Part shown: in pieces, positions 57,376 through 64,000 of the stretch
Position numbering within the stretch: the first letter of the stretch is position 1
Layout: the number at the start of each line of letters is the position of its first letter
NCBI GenBank assembly: GCA_964408705.1
Contig: CAYPAI010000003.1
Span: 5,382 to 69,381, forward strand
Direction: 5' to 3'
Source of the DNA: Candidatus Woesearchaeota archaeon
GTDB lineage: Archaea > Nanobdellota > Nanobdellia > SCGC-AAA011-G17 > PNOQ01
Length of the DNA: 64,000 nt
Made by a program: the position numbers and the translations under genes
The notes under the pieces: generated by a model
What the model saw: only the letters and a program-made list of their open reading frames with translations
Told to the model about the DNA's origin: nothing
The model's database searches: none

Positions 57376-57980
57376 TTTTCTTTTATTTCAATTATAATGA
57401 AAGTAGGGGATAAAAAATTTATCCTTTTTTTTATTGTAAATTTTTTTATTAAATAAGGGAAGAATCCATAAATTTTTCCATTAGGAAATAGAGTTACAAT
57501 ATCCTTTTCGGAAAAGAAATGTTTATGTCCTTTATTTTGTAAATCTTTTGGGCTTTTATTGAATAGTTTTGCTAGTTTATATAGCCAAAAAAAGGAGTTT
57601 GGAGTTGTTATTACTAATTTTCCCCCTGGTCTTAATACTCTTCTAAACTCAGATACGCTTTTAACAGGATCTTCTAAATGTTCTATAACTTCACTACACC
57701 ATATTATGTCAAATTCTCCATCTTTGAAAGGCAATTCTTTATCTGCGTTAACTATCACACATTTTTCATATTTGTTTTCTATGTCTGTTGAAGTAGTATT
57801 ATATCCCTTACTTTCTAACCACCTAGATTGAATACCTTCCCTACATCCTACATCTAATGCCTTTTTGTTTTTTCCAAATGGAATATGGGACATTGCGATT
57901 ATCTTTCCTTGTGTAGTTTTTCTAAGATTTCCTTGCCCTAGGTCAATAGGTATCCTTTTTAGAAGATTAATTATGTTCAT
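57360..57980 (-). CDS. Class-I SAM-dependent methyltransferase
   Basis: ALDVGCREGIQSRWL...DIIWCSEVIEHLEDP. Confidence 0.6.
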   Translation of the reverse strand: MNIINLLKRIPIDLGQGNLRKTTQGKIIAMSHIPFGKNKKALDVGCREGIQSRWLESKGYNTTSTDIENKYEKCVIVNADKELPFKDGEFDIIWCSEVIEHLEDPVKSVSEFRRVLRPGGKLVITTPNSFFWLYKLAKLFNKSPKDLQNKGHKHFFSEKDIVTLFPNGKIYGFFPYLIKKFTIKKRINFLSPTFIIIEIKENHKSR

Positions 57981-58177
57981 TCTGTAAATCCTGTTTTCTT
58001 ATACATATAAAATTTTAATATAAAAAGTCCTCCAACAATGATCGTACTACTAAGTATAGTTGGGATGTTTAATAAATCTATGAAGATCCACAGTAAAATA
58101 ATATTCAAAAAAGTTATGAATAATCCTACATAACTATAAGTTATAAAATTTTTATTTTTTTCAAACATTTTTTTCAT
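57977..58177 (-). CDS. Small 2-TM membrane protein (GtrA-like fragment/partner)
   Basis: 66 aa. Sits directly upstream of the GT2 Dol-P-sugar synthase-like gene, the usual GtrA position. Confidence 0.3.
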   Translation of the reverse strand: MKKMFEKNKNFITYSYVGLFITFLNIILLWIFIDLLNIPTILSSTIIVGGLFILKFYMYKKTGFTE

Positions 58178-58179
58178 TT

Positions 58180-59118
58180 TTATGATTTCATTATTGAATA
58201 ACTTTCCTTATCTTTATAATATATTTTTACCAAAATATCTGCTAATAATCCAAATACAAGTAAGATCAATCCACTAACAATTAATAGTGCAGATAACACT
58301 AGTAATGGCCTGTTTGCAATAGCTTCTCCATTAATCAGTTTTATGTAAGTTAGATATATTCCAATTAAGAATCCACTTATTCCACTTAATATTCCTAGTC
58401 CTCCAAAAAGATGTATTGGTTTTGTAGAATATTTCATCCAAAATTTTAGTAGGATCATGTCTAAAAATCCATTCAATGTTCTTTTGAATGTATAGTTGGT
58501 TTTTCCAAATTTTCTTTTTCGATGGTTGACTTTCATTTCTGATATTTTAAAACCGTTTAGACTAAGTAAGGCTGGGATAAATCTATGCATTTCTCCATAA
58601 AGTTTTAAATCTTTAAAACATTCTCTCCGATATGCCTTTAATGTGCACCCTGAATCGGTTATTGTATCATTTATGATTAATTTTCTTAAAATATTTGCAC
58701 CTCTTGACAATACTCTTTTTGAAAAATTATCTTTTCTATTGTATCTCCACCCAGATACTACATCATATCCTCTGCTTAATTCCTTGATCAAGTTAGGTAT
58801 ATCTCTTGGGTCGTTTTGTAAATCACTATCCATAGTGATAATTATTTTTCCAAGCGAATTTTTGATCCCTGCATCTAATGCTGCAGTTTGTCCAAAATTT
58901 TTCCTAAATCTGATAAGTTTTATATTGTTGTCTTTTTTAGATATTTCTTCTATAATCTTTGAACTTTTATCCATAGATTTATCATCAACAAAGATTATTT
59001 CATAATTTTTGTCTAATTTATCTAGTACGAGTACTAGTTCATGATATAATATTTCTATGTTTTTCTCTTCATTGTATACTGGAAGTACTACAGATATGTC
59101 TACCATTTTATTTTCCAT
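58180..59118 (-). CDS. GT2 dolichyl-phosphate hexose synthase-like glycosyltransferase with C-terminal TM anchor
   Basis: ISVVLPVYNEEKNI...IIFVDDKSMDKS...MDSDLQND, then two C-terminal TM helices (AglK/ArnC-like). Confidence 0.65.
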   Translation of the reverse strand: MENKMVDISVVLPVYNEEKNIEILYHELVLVLDKLDKNYEIIFVDDKSMDKSSKIIEEISKKDNNIKLIRFRKNFGQTAALDAGIKNSLGKIIITMDSDLQNDPRDIPNLIKELSRGYDVVSGWRYNRKDNFSKRVLSRGANILRKLIINDTITDSGCTLKAYRRECFKDLKLYGEMHRFIPALLSLNGFKISEMKVNHRKRKFGKTNYTFKRTLNGFLDMILLKFWMKYSTKPIHLFGGLGILSGISGFLIGIYLTYIKLINGEAIANRPLLVLSALLIVSGLILLVFGLLADILVKIYYKDKESYSIMKS

Positions 59119-61658
59119 GTTTCTATCCTGAAACCATCTATTCCTATGTTTGTGTTAAAACTTTCGAATTTATTTAAATTTTTTCCTTCATAATAAAATA
59201 ATTCTGTAAACATGCTACCTATTAATTCAGGACTCATTAGCATAATCTGAGAAGTTTTTGGTAGATAAGCTATACTTATTTCTTCAGTACCTTCTTCAGA
59301 TGAATAAACTTGTAAATCGTCTCTATAATTTTTTATTAAAATTTGTCCTTCTTCAGTTTGTAATATTGCGATCTTATTTTCATTATCGATTATTATTCCA
59401 TTATCACAGATAATGAGATTTTCTTGTGTGTTACAGTTAATTTTTTCTTGATTATAAGTTGGATAATGGTATATCCATGAGTTTATTTGTTTATCTGACA
59501 TTAGATTTATTTCGTCATAAACTGAATTTGCTTCTTCCAAAGTATATCCCAATTCTTCAATAATTATGTTTATTGCATCTTCTTTTTTATGATCTTTTAT
59601 AGTATTATACATGAAAGATTTATCAAAATTCCAACCTCCAAAGTGGGACCATACTCCTGATTTTGATACCATATCTTGAGAAGTTATTAAATAGCCTTCA
59701 GGAGGGTCACAATGTGTATTTTTTAATATTTCTTCAGGATTAGCTACATATTCTTTAAGAATTTCTTTTGCTGAATTTTCTTCTTTGGTTAATATTGAAT
59801 CAACTATTCTTTTTGTAAGAACTGGATTTTCTGTTTCACTTAGGATCAAGTCGTATGCATTATTTCCACCACAATCTAGCATTCTTATAATCCCTACAGA
59901 TTCTTCTTCATTGGAAGTAAGTAATGCCTTTCCAACCCAATGTGCTTGTGGCCTATTTTGTGTACCTCCGTCAAAAGTCACAGGTCTATCTGCTACTGCC
60001 TTAAACCAGTGTCCGAAGTCCCACCATGAAGTAATTATTGAGTTTTTAGGTGTTTCTTCTTCTATCTTGTTAAGAGTATGGATCCAGCCATCATTGATAC
60101 TTGGTACTCCATGTTTTGAAATTGATTTTGCTTCATTAAATAAAGGAACTAATGGAATGAATAGTAAGAAGATTAATATTACAGATATAATTTTTTTATT
60201 TATTTCAAGTTCTTTAATTGTCCAATTTAGAGTTAAATTATATAATTTTGAGAAAAATGATCCTAACCCTATTGCAAATATAGGAATAACTAGCATAACA
60301 AATCTTGTACCTTTTGAAGTTGTGAATAGAGTAGTTACAAACCATACAGCTAACAATATTCCATATTTTATGTCTAATTGTATTTTGTTTTTTTTGAGCA
60401 GGATTAGTATTATTCCTATCATTGATCCGGTAAATAAAAATTTTCCACCAAGAACAGAAATTACTTGAGAGAAACTTACATCACTTAGTTCTGCAACTGT
60501 AGTGTAAACATTGGGCCATAAGTCTGATTTTACAGCTTCTTTTAAAAATAAGAAGTTGAATGGGGCTTTTATGGTTGTTAAAATTTTATTGAAATTTGTA
60601 AATAATGTAACAAAGATTATGGAAGATATTATGTAAGATCCAGCAGTTATTGCTAGGTTTTTGGTTTTTAATTTTTTAAAAAGTTTAGATCTATATTTTA
60701 TAATTAAGTACATTAGATATATGGCCATGCTTGCTAATATTATATCAAATATGTACCACCATCCTGCCCATGCAAATGAAAATATTCCTGTAACTGCTCC
60801 TGCAGCTATGCCCAAGTATATTTTCTTTTTTTTGTTCATAGTAACAAATGCTTCCGAGAAACACCATAATATAATTAGAGGTAAAAGAATTGTGTAAGAG
60901 TCTGTATCTGAAAAACCTGCAGTGGTTCTAGCTAAGAAACTAGGGTGGATTGCTAGAACAAAAGATGCTATAAATCCTCCTAAGTTTCCACTGATCTTCC
61001 TAGCTATAAAAAAAATTGGAATTAAAGTTAAACTTGCTAAAATGAGTGGTAGTATGAACATAGTTTTGAGTAATGAATCATTACCAAAAATAGAGCTTAT
61101 TTTGTGTGAAAATGCTCCAACCGAGGAGTGCAAGTCATTTGATACCTTTTTCCCATTTGGGGCAACAATGTAGGAATCATACGTTTCATAATCTCTCACT
61201 TCATTTCCAACTTGACCATAATCAATTAAGTTTTGTGCTCTTCTATAAAAATGATAAGGGTCTATCGCTAAAAGGTATGTTTGGCCACTTTTATCTTGAT
61301 AATAGTTTTTTAGTTGAAGAGATATTTCTTCTTGTTTTATTTTTATTTCATCAGGCCTTTCTTTAAGTAGTTGAGAATATTGTTGTGAAACTGCTAGTTC
61401 CAAATCTTCCATAGTTATTTCAGGGTATTGAGATATTATTTCATTTCTGAGACTATTCTTTAAGTCTTGTTCTAATGAATTTTCTGCCCAATCATCAGTG
61501 ATAGGTAGATCGTAAGATTGCATCCTAAGAAATACCGAGAAGATTAATGCAATAATTATTAAAAAAATAGCTTTATTGTTTATTATAAATTTATGATAGG
61601 TTGTGAATTTATTTTTTAAGTTTTTTATTTTTAAATTTATATTAAATTCTTCTGCCAT
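59100..61658 (-). CDS. aglB: Archaeal oligosaccharyltransferase AglB (STT3 homologue)
   Basis: 852 aa with 13 N-terminal TM helices. WWDYG-type motif TSWWDFGHW. Large C-terminal soluble domain. Confidence 0.8.
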   Translation of the reverse strand: MAEEFNINLKIKNLKNKFTTYHKFIINNKAIFLIIIALIFSVFLRMQSYDLPITDDWAENSLEQDLKNSLRNEIISQYPEITMEDLELAVSQQYSQLLKERPDEIKIKQEEISLQLKNYYQDKSGQTYLLAIDPYHFYRRAQNLIDYGQVGNEVRDYETYDSYIVAPNGKKVSNDLHSSVGAFSHKISSIFGNDSLLKTMFILPLILASLTLIPIFFIARKISGNLGGFIASFVLAIHPSFLARTTAGFSDTDSYTILLPLIILWCFSEAFVTMNKKKKIYLGIAAGAVTGIFSFAWAGWWYIFDIILASMAIYLMYLIIKYRSKLFKKLKTKNLAITAGSYIISSIIFVTLFTNFNKILTTIKAPFNFLFLKEAVKSDLWPNVYTTVAELSDVSFSQVISVLGGKFLFTGSMIGIILILLKKNKIQLDIKYGILLAVWFVTTLFTTSKGTRFVMLVIPIFAIGLGSFFSKLYNLTLNWTIKELEINKKIISVILIFLLFIPLVPLFNEAKSISKHGVPSINDGWIHTLNKIEEETPKNSIITSWWDFGHWFKAVADRPVTFDGGTQNRPQAHWVGKALLTSNEEESVGIIRMLDCGGNNAYDLILSETENPVLTKRIVDSILTKEENSAKEILKEYVANPEEILKNTHCDPPEGYLITSQDMVSKSGVWSHFGGWNFDKSFMYNTIKDHKKEDAINIIIEELGYTLEEANSVYDEINLMSDKQINSWIYHYPTYNQEKINCNTQENLIICDNGIIIDNENKIAILQTEEGQILIKNYRDDLQVYSSEEGTEEISIAYLPKTSQIMLMSPELIGSMFTELFYYEGKNLNKFESFNTNIGIDGFRIETWKIKW

Positions 61659-61710
61659 TAAATTACGCTTTCAATTAAGATTATAAAGTTTACTCTTGTT
61701 TTAAATTTAT

Positions 61711-61792
61711 GCCAGCGTGGCGGAATTGGTATACGCGCACGTCTCGAAAACGTGTGTCTTAGGACATCCAGGTTCAACTCCTGGCGCTGGCG
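61711..61792 (+). tRNA. tRNA-Ser (anticodon CGA), type II with long variable arm; no encoded CCA
   Basis: Acceptor stem GCCAGCG/CGCTGGC with discriminator G. Anticodon stem CACGT/ACGTG with loop CTCGAAA. Variable arm TGTCTTAGGACA. T-arm CCAGG-TTCAACT-CCTGG. The listed ORF 61717.. spuriously runs through it. Confidence 0.85.
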
Positions 61793-61800
61793 TTCATAAG

Positions 61801-61810
61801 TTTTATAAAA
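61801..61810 (+). promoter_or_regulatory. TATA box (ttttataaaa) about 26 nt upstream of ATG 61831
   Basis: Canonical spacing. It lies between the tRNA 3' end and the epimerase start. Confidence 0.4.
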
Positions 61811-61830
61811 ACTTAGTAGTTTCTGTCATT

Positions 61831-62766
61831 ATGAATTATTTGGTTACAGGTGGAGCAGGATTCATTGGAAGCAATCTAGTAGATAAATTACTTAAAGACG
61901 GCCAAAATGTATCAATTATTGATGATTTTTCTTCTGGAAAAATTAAAAATATAGATCATCATAAAAAAAATAAAAATCTTACTATTTATGAAAGAGATAT
62001 CTGTGGGAATTTGGAAGATATTTTTGATAATAATTCCTTTGACGGGGTATTTCATTTTGCTGCAATACCAAGAGTACAATATTCTATTCAAAATCCGGAT
62101 AAATCTCATAAAGCAAATGTAGATGGAACTTTTAATCTTTTGATGAATTGTAAAAATAAAAATGTTAAGAGGTTTGTTTTTTCATCAAGTTCTTCAATTT
62201 ATGGGGATCAAGATGAGTTACCATTAACAGAAGATATGTCTCCAAATCCATTGTCACCATATGCATTACATAAATTAATTGGTGAACAATATTGTAAGAT
62301 GTTCAATGGATTATATGGTCTTGAAACTGTAAGTTTAAGATATTTTAATGTTTATGGTCCAAGGCAAGATCCAAAAGGAGATTATGCTTGTTTAATACCA
62401 AAATTTATAGACATGGTGAATAAAAATGAATCTCCAATAATTAATGGGGATGGAGAACAGACTAGAGATTTTACTTATGTGGAGGATGTAGTAAATGCTA
62501 ATATTTCTGCTATGAATACTGCCAATCCTAAATCATTTGGACAAGCTTTTAATGTTGGTGCAGCTAATAGCTATTCAGTTAATGATATTACTTCTAAAAT
62601 AACTAAAAATTTTGAGAATGGTGTAGAACCAGTGTATGGTCCTTCTGTGATTGAAGCTAAACATAGTCTAGCTAGTATAGATAAAACTAAAAATTATTTA
62701 TCTTGGAGTCCTGAAGTAAGTTTAACCAAGGGTATGAAAAATACTATGGATTATTTAGTTAAATAA
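61831..62766 (+). CDS. UDP-glucose 4-epimerase-like NAD-dependent epimerase
   Basis: MNYLVTGGAGFIGSNLV, catalytic YALHKLIGE. The start was moved from 61717 to the Met after the tRNA. Confidence 0.7.
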   Translation: MNYLVTGGAGFIGSNLVDKLLKDGQNVSIIDDFSSGKIKNIDHHKKNKNLTIYERDICGNLEDIFDNNSFDGVFHFAAIPRVQYSIQNPDKSHKANVDGTFNLLMNCKNKNVKRFVFSSSSSIYGDQDELPLTEDMSPNPLSPYALHKLIGEQYCKMFNGLYGLETVSLRYFNVYGPRQDPKGDYACLIPKFIDMVNKNESPIINGDGEQTRDFTYVEDVVNANISAMNTANPKSFGQAFNVGAANSYSVNDITSKITKNFENGVEPVYGPSVIEAKHSLASIDKTKNYLSWSPEVSLTKGMKNTMDYLVK

Positions 62767-62902
62767 TAAGGCTTATAAATTTGTTTTTTTATTATTGACT
62801 ATGGTTAAAAAAGAAAATAAGGATTTTTTTAAAGAAGCATTAGAATTACTTAAAGAGTATGATGAAGATTTTGAACCAAGAAAAGTAGAGGAGGATATGT
62901 GA

Positions 62903-63013
62903 ATGAATATAGATCCAATGTATGGTCCAGTAAAGAGTACAATTAATTATCTAGGTGCTTTTGTTTTTTTAGTTATTATTTATATTATATACAAAATTAT
63001 GAAGAAGAACTAA
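62903..63013 (+). CDS. Tiny (36 aa) single-TM protein, hypothetical
   Basis: GGAGGA Shine-Dalgarno 8 nt upstream. MNIDPMYGPVKSTINYLGAFVFLVIIYIIYKIMKKN. Preceded by another 33-aa acidic ORF (62801..62902) that has a TATA box at 62771-62780. Confidence 0.25.
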   Translation: MNIDPMYGPVKSTINYLGAFVFLVIIYIIYKIMKKN

Positions 63014-64000
63014 TCATTCTTCATTCAATTTTTCTACTATAGCTGCAAATGCTGGTCTTGTAATAAAGACTCCCACTGTAACTCCAACTATTGTTATTAA
63101 TGCAAACCCTCTTAGTAATCCTGCTCCTGCTCCAAAAAGTGGAACCATTGCTGCTAAAGTAGTTATATATGCTGCAAAAATTATAAAAAATGCTTTTTTT
63201 AGTTTTTCTTTCCATCTATAAGAATATCCTGTTGTCCCTTGGGTAACTTCGTCTATTATTACTATATTATCATCTATTCCTGTTCCAACTGCAGCTATCA
63301 GTCCCGCTATTGCAGCTAAGTCTAAGTTGTATTTACTAAACGCTGAAAAACCTAGTATAATTATTACTTCGGATAATAATGCTATTACAATTGGAATAGA
63401 TATTTTTAGATTTCTGTACCTTATAAATATTATAAGAGATACTCCAAGAATTGCAAGCATTCCTACTTGTATTGCATTTTTTGTAAACTCTTCACCATAT
63501 ACTGCAGGGATTGGATTTAAGTCTTCTATTTCTAATTCCGTAGGGAATGATCCAGTTAGCAATATGGTTTGAAGTTGATTCATCTGGAATAATGCTTCTT
63601 CTACTGCTTGTTCTCTATTATCTCCGCTGCCAGGTCCAGAAATAATTATTTTTGTTGCTTCTAATCCTTTTAGATCGCTACCAATGTTTAAACTATCTAC
63701 TAAATTTTCATCTAAGTAGAAGTCTATTGTTTCAGATAAGTAACCTTCTACAATTTCTAAATTTTCAGTTAATTCTGCATGTCTTTTTGCAGCATCTTGG
63801 CTAAGGTGTATTAAAAACTCAAATTTACAATAATGCCCACCACTTTCCAAAGGAACACACTGTCTTATTCCTGAACAAGTTCCATCACTTCTACAGACAT
63901 AAGTTATGTCTTTAGAGCCACCACTAAAAACTGTTTCATTTCCTATTCTTGCTTCAAAGACTCCTTGGGAGGCAATTAAATCTGAAATTTCTTGATTAGT
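63014..64000 (-). CDS. secD: SecD-like protein-export membrane protein, partial (5' end beyond window)
   Basis: The listed ORF 63014..63850 'starts' at TTG. The same frame stays open to nt 64000 (...TNQEISDLIASQGVFEARIGNETVFSGGSKDITYV...), which is SecD periplasmic-domain-like. The C-terminus has the SecD/F RND-like TM bundle (AIAGLIAAVGTGIDDNIVIIDE). Confidence 0.6.
   Translation of the reverse strand, partial: TNQEISDLIASQGVFEARIGNETVFSGGSKDITYVCRSDGTCSGIRQCVPLESGGHYCKFEFLIHLSQDAAKRHAELTENLEIVEGYLSETIDFYLDENLVDSLNIGSDLKGLEATKIIISGPGSGDNREQAVEEALFQMNQLQTILLTGSFPTELEIEDLNPIPAVYGEEFTKNAIQVGMLAILGVSLIIFIRYRNLKISIPIVIALLSEVIIILGFSAFSKYNLDLAAIAGLIAAVGTGIDDNIVIIDEVTQGTTGYSYRWKEKLKKAFFIIFAAYITTLAAMVPLFGAGAGLLRGFALITIVGVTVGVFITRPAFAAIVEKLNEE

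Noticed and set aside
59785-60468. 227-aa plus-strand ORF inside aglB
   Set aside because: Antisense to the AglB coding sequence with its conserved WWDFGHW motif. No motif of its own.
61717-61830. N-terminal 38 codons of the automated ORF 61717..62766
   Set aside because: This stretch is occupied by tRNA-Ser(CGA) and a TATA box. The epimerase Rossmann motif begins at the Met at 61831.
1-64000. CRISPR array, DGR/reverse transcriptase, transposase/integrase, toxin-antitoxin or restriction-modification genes
   Set aside because: I scanned for regularly spaced direct repeats and for RT, integrase, transposase or endonuclease motifs and found none. The only tandem repeat is coding (8762-8906). 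The two NTase-fold paralogues were considered as CBASS-like or defence nucleotidyltransferases, but they lack any effector partner and sit in a glycan context.

Overview
AT-rich archaeal window. The gene content (aRF1 with the GGQ motif, RpoL, TFS, PCNA, archaeal signal peptidase, AglB oligosaccharyltransferase, a form III RuBisCO AMP-salvage module and a Methanococcales-type S-layer protein) points to a small-genome, possibly DPANN-like archaeon. That placement is an inference. Genes are tightly packed and several have a TATA box about 25 nt upstream of the ATG, so they are probably leaderless. Layout: (i) 1-5.6 kb, a core information-processing block (aRF1, ScpB, RpoL, SPase, TFS, PCNA), with a processive GT2 synthase inserted between ScpB and the aMBF1-RpoL-SPase-TFS-PCNA run; (ii) 5.6-12.8 kb, a six-gene surface locus in which five proteins with type IV pilin-like class III signal peptides ([KR]G(G)Q followed by a hydrophobic helix) flank a 1379-aa cysteine-rich secreted giant with internal repeats; this is the most likely undescribed system; (iii) 13-15 kb, a less AT-rich S-layer gene that is probably highly expressed; (iv) two type II tRNA-Ser genes at 16.4 kb and 61.7 kb bracketing about 45 kb; (v) an AMP phosphorylase / R15P isomerase / RuBisCO-III cluster with an embedded HAD phosphatase; (vi) a roughly 37 kb glycosylation island containing nucleotide-sugar enzymes, a sulfotransferase, a Wzx flippase, a complete nonulosonic (sialic-like) acid pathway (NeuA/NeuB/NeuC with dehydratase, aminotransferases and an acyltransferase), a phosphonate biosynthesis module (cytidylyltransferase-PEP mutase fusion carrying the EDKxxxxxNS motif, phosphonopyruvate decarboxylase, Fe-ADH), a divergent CDP-alcohol phosphotransferase, LicD-like and TagF-like candidate phospho(no)alcohol transferases, several GT4/GT2 enzymes, Dol-P-sugar synthases with small GtrA-like partners, a PMT/ArnT-like membrane transferase and AglB. 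I found no CRISPR array, transposase, integrase or rRNA. Both window edges cut genes: aRF1 at the 5' end and a SecD-like gene at the 3' end.
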